IMG/VR virus record: IMGVR_UViG_3300032093_000012
Coordinates: 1 to 64,000 of that record
Source of the DNA: a virus
Length of the DNA stretch: 64,000 nt
Direction: 5' to 3' (one strand)
Position 1 is the stretch's first letter, and every line of letters starts with the position of its first letter. The notes below the pieces were generated by a model. It was not told the DNA's origin. It did no database searches and worked only from the letters and a program-made list of their open reading frames with translations. The translations under genes and the position numbers were made by a program. Shown here piece by piece: positions 56,453 through 64,000 of the stretch.

Positions 56453-56833
56453 TTATTGGTTTGGCATGATCTCCATAACTAACTTGGAAGTTCCCTTCAT
56501 ATCTATAGCCTTTGCAGCCCCCATAGCTAGATCTAAATCTCTTCCTTTTGTAAAGGGGCCACGATCATTAATCCTAACCAAAATGCTCTTACCATTACTA
56601 GGGTTTGTTACCCTTACCATAGTATTAAATGGTAACTTTTTATGAGCCGCAGTCATACCATGAGGATCAAACTTTTCCCCATTAGCAGTCTTACGACCCG
56701 CTTTATACCACGTAGCATTCACGAGGTACTTTTTATTTATAACATCAGTTTTTTCTAAAAGAGCGGCACTACTAGATGTAGTACCGCATCCACAAAGAAG
56801 ACTAAATGTAGTAATTAATATTATTTTTTTCAT
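56453..56833 (-). CDS. rlpA: RlpA-like lytic transglycosylase lipoprotein
   Basis: Lipobox LCGC; ATWY..G..TANGE.F....[27 protein letters not shown] motif. Confidence 0.93.
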   Translation of the reverse strand: MKKIILITTFSLLCGCGTTSSSAALLEKTDVINKKYLVNATWYKAGRKTANGEKFDPHGMTAAHKKLPFNTMVRVTNPSNGKSILVRINDRGPFTKGRDLDLAMGAAKAIDMKGTSKLVMEIMPNQ

Positions 56834-58092
56834 TCTTTATAATCTTCTGGATTAAAACTTTCTAACCAAGGAAATGTTTGTTTCCAATTAGTATTTCTTT
56901 TAATATCATTGCTATCTAAATAGTCTTTAAGTTTATAAATTAAATCTGGTCTATATGGTTTAGAATTAGCTAAATTTTTAAAACCAGTTAGTTGTTCTTT
57001 TGAGTTATAAGAATCTTGTACTTCATTAATAAGTGAGTCAAAATCATCATCAAAAAAACCAGTTGGAAAATTACCAATGTATAGATGTTCATGACCTCCA
57101 GCCAAAGCAAAATCATGAAAATTAGAACTTAATTTTGATAGATTAGATTCATTGAATAGTCTAGTAAGATGCATTGTTGTTTTTATATTTAAATTGCATA
57201 AAGTCGAGTGCAATAAAACAGAAAAATCTTTAATAAACTCTGTATCAAGCATATCAAAGTTTTGTTTCCAAAGTTTATTATTTAATCCACTTCTAACATA
57301 TTCACCAGCTGGACTCCACGCATCAATACTAAGTATTAATCTTAAACTTTTTATATGTTTGTTATCTATAAGATCTTTGAATGCCTGTAATATAGTTCTA
57401 ACACGTTGAGTATCTACATTAAAATTTGTGAATATTTGAATATCCAATTCAGGACATGGATTATTTTTAAAGAAATTTATATTTTCCCATATTTCATCTT
57501 GATAAAAAGGTTCACCACCTAAGATTCTATATCTTTTTAGGTTAATACAATTATCCTGCATCCATAGCCAAAAATTATTTTTAGCTTGTTGATAATTCTT
57601 TTTTTGTTTATTGATAAATTCTAATTCATTGTTTTGTGGATTAAATCTTTTATATTCTGATTCTATCTTAGAACTATATCTTGGATAACAATATAAACAA
57701 GCTTGATTACATAGATTTGAAAAATAAACTTCTAATGTTGATGGAGTTACATTAATACTAGTATTATCTTGTTTTAATTCTTTAGGTGTTAAATATGAAA
57801 GCTTATCACTATTATTAACATGCTGACGATCACTTAAACCACCAGCATCTTCAAGATCTTTACAGTATTCGCATCCTTTACCTGGCCAAATACCATTGAG
57901 CATTTTTGTTCGTGCTTCTAATACACCTGGAGTATTGTGAAAATTAAAAGTTTTTATATCAAAAGGTTCTTTATCTACTCTATGACAACTGCTTGAATTT
58001 TGTTGCATAAGATATATTGTAGACCATTCCCATTTTTGCAAGCAAGCTGGTTCACTAATATTAAGTTGTTTATTCCATAAATTTTGTTTCAC
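56830..58092 (-). CDS. Radical SAM protein with N-terminal twitch-like Cys cluster
   Basis: [18 protein letters not shown]....EYVR.G motifs; N-terminal C..KW, SCH, GCEYC. Confidence 0.9.
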   Translation of the reverse strand: MKQNLWNKQLNISEPACLQKWEWSTIYLMQQNSSSCHRVDKEPFDIKTFNFHNTPGVLEARTKMLNGIWPGKGCEYCKDLEDAGGLSDRQHVNNSDKLSYLTPKELKQDNTSINVTPSTLEVYFSNLCNQACLYCYPRYSSKIESEYKRFNPQNNELEFINKQKKNYQQAKNNFWLWMQDNCINLKRYRILGGEPFYQDEIWENINFFKNNPCPELDIQIFTNFNVDTQRVRTILQAFKDLIDNKHIKSLRLILSIDAWSPAGEYVRSGLNNKLWKQNFDMLDTEFIKDFSVLLHSTLCNLNIKTTMHLTRLFNESNLSKLSSNFHDFALAGGHEHLYIGNFPTGFFDDDFDSLINEVQDSYNSKEQLTGFKNLANSKPYRPDLIYKLKDYLDSNDIKRNTNWKQTFPWLESFNPEDYKE

Positions 58093-58111
58093 TTATTTTC
58101 CTTAAATAGAA

Positions 58112-58186
58112 TGGTGCGCGAGGTAGGACTCGAACCTACACTCAGACCGTTATGAGCGGCCGGCTTCACCTTTAAGCTACTCGCGC
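58112..58186 (-). tRNA. tRNA with CAU anticodon (Ile2/lysidine type or elongator Met)
   Basis: GCGCGAGTAGCTTAAAGGTGAAGCCGGCCGCTCATAACGGTCTGAGTGTAGGTTCGAGTCCTACCTCGCGCACCA; G1-C72 pair, so not an initiator. Confidence 0.92.
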
Positions 58187-58193
58187 AATTCCT

Positions 58194-58892
58194 TTATTCT
58201 TTCTTCTCACCCAAGATATTCATGAGAGCCATGAAGATGTTGATGAAGTTAATGTAGAGATTAAAAGCACCGATAGCACCTGCCTTATCTCTTTCACTTT
58301 CATCAAGTTCATCGTATGTATTCTTGAGGTTCTGTGTATCATAAGCAGTAAGACCAACAAATACAATTACAGAGATACAACTAATAATCAATGACATCAT
58401 TGAACTCTGCAGGAATACATTGATTAGACCAGCAATAACAAGACCAATCACGCCCATCATTAGGAAGCTACCAAGGCCGGTCAGATCTCGCTTGGTTGTA
58501 TAACCATACAACGACGTAGCACCAAAAGTAGCAGCAGTAATGAAGAATACCTGAGCAATACTTCCAAGCTTAAAGATCAAGAAGATTGAACTCATGCTAA
58601 GACCCATGACGGCAGCGAATGCTACCAAGAAGACACGAGCAGTATAAGCACTCATGTTCTGGACCATGAAAGCAAAAGCAAGACTCATTAAAAGTGGTGA
58701 GAAGATAGCAATCCACTTAAAGCTTGTACCCCAAATCAACTTAAGAAGATCTGGACTCATGCTAATACCAAGCGATACAAGACCACTGACAGCAAGAGCA
58801 AACGTCATATAGTTATAGACACTAAGCATGAAGTTACGTAGACCCTCATCATAGATGAGTTGACTTCTGACTTCTGAAATAGATGGTTGCAT
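58194..58892 (-). CDS. Bax inhibitor-1/YccA family membrane protein
   Basis: DEGLR.FML.VYNYM, YGYTTKRDL...GSFL.MG, LTAYDTQ and GA..LY..FIN.F motifs; about seven TM helices. Confidence 0.92.
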   Translation of the reverse strand: MQPSISEVRSQLIYDEGLRNFMLSVYNYMTFALAVSGLVSLGISMSPDLLKLIWGTSFKWIAIFSPLLMSLAFAFMVQNMSAYTARVFLVAFAAVMGLSMSSIFLIFKLGSIAQVFFITAATFGATSLYGYTTKRDLTGLGSFLMMGVIGLVIAGLINVFLQSSMMSLIISCISVIVFVGLTAYDTQNLKNTYDELDESERDKAGAIGAFNLYINFINIFMALMNILGEKKE

Positions 58893-58902
58893 TGTTTTCT
58901 CC

Positions 58903-59379
58903 TTAAGCAGCGATGATTTCTTTTAGACGATCTGCCGCATATGATGCGGCAAAAGCTTCAGGCTTTACTTTAGGTGCAAAGCCACACATACCACGAATAT
59001 AGCCAGTTGCTTGCTGAATAACACAAGAAGATCCGTGCATTTCATCAGGATTAATATCAAGATGAACTTCACAATGACGATCACCGATTGCTTCTAATAG
59101 ATCAATATACATCTGAGATGCACGATATACTTCGTTCATCAGACGAACAGCTGGTCTATCATGACGCTTATCGTAGTCACGTTCTGTATCTACTTTTCCG
59201 AAGACACGACAGCCTCTAGATGAATCCATGTGTACAACAATAGCAACTGTGTAGTCAGCATACCATTTGTCATCCCTACCACGGTAGCGTTCACTATCTG
59301 CTCCAATATAGACGGAGGTGGTAGGCGAAGAATTGTTGATGTATTGAATAACTTCATCGAGATTAAATTCACGTGACAC
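58903..59379 (-). CDS. RNase H-fold protein, DUF458/YkuK family
   Basis: YIGADS, RLMNEV, EVHLDIN, A.SYAAD motifs; start reassigned to GTG after AGGAG because the longer ORF overlaps tRNA-Gly. Confidence 0.8.
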   Translation of the reverse strand: MSREFNLDEVIQYINNSSPTTSVYIGADSERYRGRDDKWYADYTVAIVVHMDSSRGCRVFGKVDTERDYDKRHDRPAVRLMNEVYRASQMYIDLLEAIGDRHCEVHLDINPDEMHGSSCVIQQATGYIRGMCGFAPKVKPEAFAASYAADRLKEIIAA

Positions 59380-59396
59380 GATAACTCCTATTTCAA

Positions 59397-59471
59397 TGGA
59401 GCGGGTAGCCGGAATCGAACCGGTCCTAGTCAGCTTGGAAGGCTGATGCACCACCATTATGCCATACCCGC
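59397..59471 (-). tRNA. tRNA-Gly(UCC)
   Basis: GCGGGTATGGCATAATGGTGGTGCATCAGCCTTCCAAGCTGACTAGGACCGGTTCGATTCCGGCTACCCGCTCCA; U73 discriminator. Confidence 0.95.
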
Positions 59472-59482
59472 ATTATTAGTAT

Positions 59483-59590
59483 TTACTTCTTGCCCTTACG
59501 CTTGCCCTTCAAGCGACGAGCCTTGCGCTTCTTGCTACCGATCTTGCGACGACCTTTTCGAGGTCTATTCTTATGCGGATGCGCCATCAT
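59483..59590 (-). CDS. Very basic 35-aa peptide
   Basis: AGGAG Shine-Dalgarno; MMAHPHKNRPRKGRRKIGSKKRKARRLKGKRKGKK*; lies between tRNA-Leu and tRNA-Gly. Confidence 0.75.
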   Translation of the reverse strand: MMAHPHKNRPRKGRRKIGSKKRKARRLKGKRKGKK

Positions 59591-59606
59591 ATACTCCTAG
59601 TTAGAT

Positions 59607-59683
59607 TGGTACCCACGGTCAGGTTCGAACTGACACTTGAGAGATTTTAAGTCTCTTGCCTCTGCCTGTTGGGCTACGTGGGC
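59607..59683 (-). tRNA. tRNA-Leu(UAA) with short variable loop
   Basis: GCCCACGTAGCCCAACAGGCAGAGGCAAGAGACTTAAAATCTCTCAAGTGTCAGTTCGAACCTGACCGTGGGTACCA; 77 nt. Confidence 0.92.
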
Positions 59684-59700
59684 ATTAACTGTATATCTAT

Positions 59701-59729
59701 ATAGTATAAAACTGTGAAAAAATGTCAAC
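59701..59729 (-). promoter_or_regulatory. Early promoter GTTGAC-N17-TACTAT upstream of the tRNA cluster
   Basis: Minus strand reads GTTGACATTTTTTCACAGTTTTATACTAT; shares GTTGACATTTTTTC with the promoter at 41031-41059. Confidence 0.7.
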
Positions 59730-59766
59730 CCATAATCTGAAAAAAATATTTCCGGAAAATTTTGAG

Positions 59767-60180
59767 CTATTTTACCTTCACGTGTTTTTTATGTATCTTA
59801 CACATGATCCAAGAGTTGTAATAATCTTCTTTTTCTAAGACTTCCTCTGCGAACTGATACTTAGCTTCAAAGTATCCGCATTCACCCTTGGTCTTGCATA
59901 AGCGAAGAATTTCTCTCCTAAAATTTATAATACCACAATTTTCAACATCGTACACCAAATCTTTATTGGAACCATAATATTTTTTCCAGTCAGATTCAGA
60001 TTTATAACGCTTTTTCTTTTTCTTGATCACGCGTGTCTTCATTGACCAGAAAAACTTCTTGCCGATATACTGCTTATTATTGAGAGTATTTGTGATTCGG
60101 TAAACGAAACCGTAGAACTCTTCTATTTTATCTGATTCTACTATTTCGTTATTATAATACCACGGATTTTCATAAGACAT
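59767..60180 (-). CDS. Short GIY-YIG-family endonuclease
   Basis: GFVYRITN..N.K.YIGKK...Y.GS...F.REIL...E...Q...YYN motifs. Confidence 0.85.
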   Translation of the reverse strand: MSYENPWYYNNEIVESDKIEEFYGFVYRITNTLNNKQYIGKKFFWSMKTRVIKKKKKRYKSESDWKKYYGSNKDLVYDVENCGIINFRREILRLCKTKGECGYFEAKYQFAEEVLEKEDYYNSWIMCKIHKKHVKVK

Positions 60181-60205
60181 AGAGGGATACCTTTCCCTCT
60201 ATTTA

Positions 60206-60373
60206 TCACACATCTTCTTCCCAATTTTCCAAATCTAAGTCTTCATCAAGACTAGAATCATCATACCTCATCTTGTCACCGCAAAACGGACAAAATTCTG
60301 GTGAATCTACTTCATCATGCACTACTTGAAATTCTGCTTCACAATTTGTACAAACTATTTCCTTATCACTCAA
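60206..60373 (-). CDS. Small zinc-ribbon protein, 55 aa
   Basis: TTG start after GGAG; CTNC...FCPFCG and acidic tail. Confidence 0.75.
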   Translation of the reverse strand: MSDKEIVCTNCEAEFQVVHDEVDSPEFCPFCGDKMRYDDSSLDEDLDLENWEEDV

Positions 60374-60388
60374 TTCTTTCTCCTTTAA

Positions 60389-60658
60389 TTAACAAGTTAC
60401 TCGCGTTGGGCATTTTGGATTATTACAAACATAACCCCAAACCCCTGTTCCAAAATTCATTCCACAAACTCTGCAACCAGTCATATCTTGGGTAAGCCCA
60501 TCATTCGGTACAACTGGAGCTGATAGATAAGGATTGCTTCTTGCAAATTCCACGCCGTCTTTAAACCCCTTGCGATAATGCTCGAGCATGTTTCTGTAGT
60601 AATCGGTATCATGCACATCTTTAGTTCCTTTACAAGTACAATCTTCACCACAGCTCAT
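60389..60658 (-). CDS. Cys-rich hypothetical protein
   Basis: CRVCG...YVCNNPKCP motif; overlaps the nrdB stop. Confidence 0.65.
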   Translation of the reverse strand: MSCGEDCTCKGTKDVHDTDYYRNMLEHYRKGFKDGVEFARSNPYLSAPVVPNDGLTQDMTGCRVCGMNFGTGVWGYVCNNPKCPTRVTC

Positions 60659-61764
60659 AGACTAAATCCTTTAAATGTATCGTTATTAATATCTTTCTTC
60701 ACACCGCCATTGATATAAGAAGTAATTTCGGTTTCCTGTGGAGCTACTTGCACCTCAGAACCAGAGATCCATTTCTGTGTCCACGGAAGCGGATTACTTC
60801 CACCCTTATATGGTGTAGGTAAACCAACAGCAGTCATTCTTTTATTTGCTATCCACTCTATATATTCACCCAGCAATGCTTCGTTGAGGCCAACCATCGA
60901 ACCGTCTTTAAATAGAAAAGATGCCCACGCTTTTTCTTGTTCAACCGCGGCAACAAACAACTTAATGGATTCATCTTTGGTTTCTTCTGCAATCTTAGCG
61001 AAGTCTTCATCTTCTTTCTGTAAAGCCTTGAGGAGTTGTTGGGTTCCAGCAAGGTGTAAGTTTTCGTCACGTGCGATAAACTTGATGATCTTAGCATTGC
61101 CCTCCATTTTTTTGACTTCAGCAAACGCCCACGAACATGCAAACGAGACATAGAAGCGAACTCCTTCAAGAATATTTACAGACATCAAAGCAAGCCAAAG
61201 AGCTTTTTTATGACCATAGTTAGTTGGTTCATCAAATACATTATCGCGCGCTCGTGGAGATAAATTATTCATCCAGATTAATTCATCATAGTACTTACTA
61301 ATATCGCCGGCGCAATCGACGATTTCTTTAATATCCATTATTTCATCAAAGACTTTCGATGGATTTGGATAGATGTTTCTGATAATGTGAGTATAACTGC
61401 GGGAGTGGATTGTTTCTGAGAATGTCCAGGTTGTAATCCACGTTTCGAGTTCCGGTAATGAGCATATCGGTCCAAACGCAATAATAGGCGCTCGTCCTTG
61501 GACGGAGTCAAGGAGAATCTGACGTTTGAGATTGGATGTAAAAATATGTTGCTCATGTGGCGTTAGATCTTTAAAATCTTTTGCATCTTTATAGATATCC
61601 ACTTCTTCAGGTCTCCAAAAGAAACCCAATTGTTTGTCTGTGAGCTTCTCGATCCAGGAATACTTCTGTCTATCATATCTTGCAATAGTGGGTGCATCAT
61701 CGAAAAAAGCCTTTACTTGTGTATGATCTTTTTTATTGTTTGAATCAAAGACTGAGTAAGCCAT
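60655..61764 (-). CDS. nrdB: Ribonucleotide reductase class Ia, beta subunit
   Basis: FFWRPEE, LLDSVQGR, ETIHSRSYTHI, LEG.RFYVSF, RDENLH and VAPQETE motifs. Confidence 0.98.
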   Translation of the reverse strand: MAYSVFDSNNKKDHTQVKAFFDDAPTIARYDRQKYSWIEKLTDKQLGFFWRPEEVDIYKDAKDFKDLTPHEQHIFTSNLKRQILLDSVQGRAPIIAFGPICSLPELETWITTWTFSETIHSRSYTHIIRNIYPNPSKVFDEIMDIKEIVDCAGDISKYYDELIWMNNLSPRARDNVFDEPTNYGHKKALWLALMSVNILEGVRFYVSFACSWAFAEVKKMEGNAKIIKFIARDENLHLAGTQQLLKALQKEDEDFAKIAEETKDESIKLFVAAVEQEKAWASFLFKDGSMVGLNEALLGEYIEWIANKRMTAVGLPTPYKGGSNPLPWTQKWISGSEVQVAPQETEITSYINGGVKKDINNDTFKGFSL

Positions 61765-61939
61765 TTTTATAACTTTCCTTTATTACGTATTTTGATGCTT
61801 CTACCCATACTCTTACTGATCCATTTGTATGGTATGCTTCTGTGTTATCAAATGTAGCAACTACACTTGTTGCTACATCTACAGACATTCCATGATAACT
61901 TAAGAATAAATGATAATTTGTTTCGTTTGGTTCAATCAT
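61745..61939 (-). CDS. Hypothetical protein
   Basis: 64-aa ORF overlapping both neighbours between nrdA and nrdB. Confidence 0.5.
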   Translation of the reverse strand: MIEPNETNYHLFLSYHGMSVDVATSVVATFDNTEAYHTNGSVRVWVEASKYVIKESYKNGLLSL

Positions 61940-62156
61940 ATTTTATAGCACTTATCTTTTTTCTACCAGCGGTCTTATTTACTCTTGCTCTGATATTAGC
62001 ATTTTCCCAAGTCCAGCATTCACCATCATCATCTTGAAAACAAACCCATTGCAAATCATTTTCTATACCACTATCAATCAAGAAATGAGCAACAGCTCTT
62101 CCTTTTGGTGTCATAACTGGAATTGGTGGATCAATCCTAACAATATTACTCATCAT
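61932..62156 (-). CDS. Conserved hypothetical phage protein
   Basis: PPIPV.TPKG...AHFLID.G.E.DL.WVCF....GECWTW motif. Confidence 0.75.
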   Translation of the reverse strand: MMSNIVRIDPPIPVMTPKGRAVAHFLIDSGIENDLQWVCFQDDDGECWTWENANIRARVNKTAGRKKISAIKYD

Positions 62157-62346
62157 AAACTCCTATAATATCACGAGGATCTTCTTTATTATCCCATCTA
62201 TATTGACCATTTAAATTTTTAACATGATTCTTACCACCATCATATGCTTTAAAGATAGTTACACCGGCTCTACGTTCAATAAAGACATACTTTGTACCTT
62301 CTCTATCGACGTAGATCTTTCCTTCTTCAAAGATTAGATTTTGCAT
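62146..62346 (-). CDS. Hypothetical protein
   Basis: 66-aa ORF coupled to the nrdA end. Confidence 0.55.
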   Translation of the reverse strand: MQNLIFEEGKIYVDREGTKYVFIERRAGVTIFKAYDGGKNHVKNLNGQYRWDNKEDPRDIIGVYDE

Positions 62347-64000
62347 GACTCACAATCCTCTTCATTTACTTCACCAGCTGGCAGCGGCTTTTCTTCATAT
62401 TCACCAGCACCATCATTAGTATTAAAATAATATAGTTGTTTTCCACCATACTTATAAAACATCAGAAGATGACCAATCATCTCAGACATTGGGATCTTTT
62501 CGTCTTCATAAAATCGTGGGTTGTACGAGGTGTTAACGCTGATACCTTGATCGATGAACTTTTGAAGGATGGCGCAGATTTTAAGATAACCCTCTGGTGA
62601 CTTTTGATCCCAGAGCAAGTCATATTTCTTTTTGAGTTTACGAACTTCTGGTACAACTTGCTTCAATACACCATCTTTTGATTGCTTAACTGAAACGAGA
62701 GAGCGCGGTGGCTCGATGCCGTTAGTAGCGTTGCTAATTTGAGCTGAAGTTTCGGATGGCATGAGAGCCATAAGCGTGGAGTTACGGATGCCTGATTTAA
62801 GTACATCCTCACGTAGTGCATCCCATCTGCACGTGTACACCCCCGCAGCAAGTTCGTCAACATCTCGCTTGTAAGTGTCAATCGGGAAGATACCTTGTCC
62901 ATATTTTGTTTCATTTGATTTAGGGCAAGCGCCCTTCTCCTTTGCTAGATCAATTGATGCTTTAATTAGATAATAAGACCATGCTTCAGTATATTCATGA
63001 AGCTTTTGTAAACCTAATGAGTCAATATTTTGATAACTGAGATCGTTGCGAGCGAGCCAGTAAGCAAGATTGATAATTCCAACCCCAAGAGGGCGACGAG
63101 CCATTGTCGAGTTTCTTGCTGCGAGTACTGGATAGTCTTGATAATCAAGTAGCTCATCCAATGCACGCACAGCAAGAGTACAAGGACGTTCAAAATCAGA
63201 AGGATCACGAATCTTTCCCCAATTGATAGCAGCTAATGTACATAGTGAGATTTCTCCATTAGGATCATTAATATCGGTCAGTGGCTTTGTAGGAAGATCG
63301 ATTTCACAACAAAGATTTGATTGTTTAATTGGTGCAACTTCTTTAATAAAAGCACCATGATCATTTGCGTGATCAACATTCATAAGATAGATACGTCCTG
63401 TATCCTTACGTTCCTGCATGAATGCAGAGAACAAATCAACAGCGGGTATTTGTTTCTTTCTGATTTTGGTAGAACGTTCATACTTTTCGTACAATACCCT
63501 GAATTGTTCAGTATTGGTGAAGTATGCATTATATAAGTCAGGGACATCGTTAGGGCTAAACAGAGTAATGTTCCCACCAGAAAGGAGTCGCTCGTACATA
63601 ACTTTATTAAATTGGACACCATAATCTAATCCTCTAATACGATTATCTTCTGTACCCTTGTTATTCTTAAGAACAAGAAGATCTTCTACTTCCAAGTGCC
63701 AGATAGGATAATAAAGTGTTGCCGCACCACCTCGTACACCTCCCTGAGAGCAACTCTTAACCGCCGCTTGAAAAAGCTTGTAGAAGGGGATAACACCAGT
63801 GTGAGTAGCGTCACCACGGCGAATGGGAGAGCCGAGAGCACGAATATTACCAGCACCAATACCAATACCAGCTTTTTGAGAGACGTACTTAACGATTGAA
63901 GAAGATGTGGCATTGATTGAATCCAATGAGTCATCAGTCTCGATAAGTACACACGAGCTAAACTGCTTTTGAGGACTACGGAGACCCGCCATAATAGGAG
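62334..64000 (-). CDS. nrdA: Ribonucleotide reductase class Ia, alpha subunit (5' end outside the window)
   Basis: PIMAG...QFSSCVLI, CSQGGVRGG, QSNLCCEI, MPSETS, KQLYY and C-terminal CESC motifs. Confidence 0.98.
   Translation of the reverse strand, partial: PIMAGLRSPQKQFSSCVLIETDDSLDSINATSSSIVKYVSQKAGIGIGAGNIRALGSPIRRGDATHTGVIPFYKLFQAAVKSCSQGGVRGGAATLYYPIWHLEVEDLLVLKNNKGTEDNRIRGLDYGVQFNKVMYERLLSGGNITLFSPNDVPDLYNAYFTNTEQFRVLYEKYERSTKIRKKQIPAVDLFSAFMQERKDTGRIYLMNVDHANDHGAFIKEVAPIKQSNLCCEIDLPTKPLTDINDPNGEISLCTLAAINWGKIRDPSDFERPCTLAVRALDELLDYQDYPVLAARNSTMARRPLGVGIINLAYWLARNDLSYQNIDSLGLQKLHEYTEAWSYYLIKASIDLAKEKGACPKSNETKYGQGIFPIDTYKRDVDELAAGVYTCRWDALREDVLKSGIRNSTLMALMPSETSAQISNATNGIEPPRSLVSVKQSKDGVLKQVVPEVRKLKKKYDLLWDQKSPEGYLKICAILQKFIDQGISVNTSYNPRFYEDEKIPMSEMIGHLLMFYKYGGKQLYYFNTNDGAGEYEEKPLPAGEVNEEDCESCKI

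Noticed and set aside
59767-64000. Group I intron or intein in nrdA/nrdB linked to the GIY-YIG gene
   Set aside because: nrdB and the visible part of nrdA are uninterrupted and of normal length; the nuclease is free-standing and short.

Overview
A 64-kb segment of a large T4-like (myovirus) phage genome, most likely infecting an alphaproteobacterium: it carries a circularly permuted two-piece tmRNA with an ANDN...VAA tag and an alphaproteobacterial-type YccA/BI-1 protein. From left to right: (i) head genes (gp21 partial, gp68-like, gp67-like); (ii) a minus-strand block of tail fibres, a VrlC/DUF4815-like pair and baseplate genes (gp8, gp7, gp6, gp25, PAAR, split gp5, hub, gp53, gp54-like, gp2, gp4); (iii) a plus-strand operon of gp48, gp26, gp51 and a tape-measure-like protein carrying GH19 and M15 cell-wall hydrolase domains; (iv) gp32, gp59, gp33, two tRNAs and the tmRNA; (v) early/accessory genes (DUF932, glutaredoxin, SpeD, glycosyltransferase, RNase H, PhoH, exonuclease); (vi) an AT-rich operon of nucleotidyltransferase, TctA, oxygenase-like protein, unknown, TctC and radical SAM; (vii) ClpP, two exported peptidoglycan enzymes, a second radical SAM, YccA, three more tRNAs, a GIY-YIG nuclease, nrdB and nrdA (partial). 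The most notable observations are a 33-codon ORF with its own Shine-Dalgarno filling the excised intervening loop of the permuted tmRNA, a probable -1 frameshift fusing gp26 to a start-less gp51 just upstream of the tape-measure gene, and the tripartite-tricarboxylate-transporter/radical-SAM operon behind a T4 late promoter. All protein calls come from motif recognition and synteny by eye; no database searches were run.
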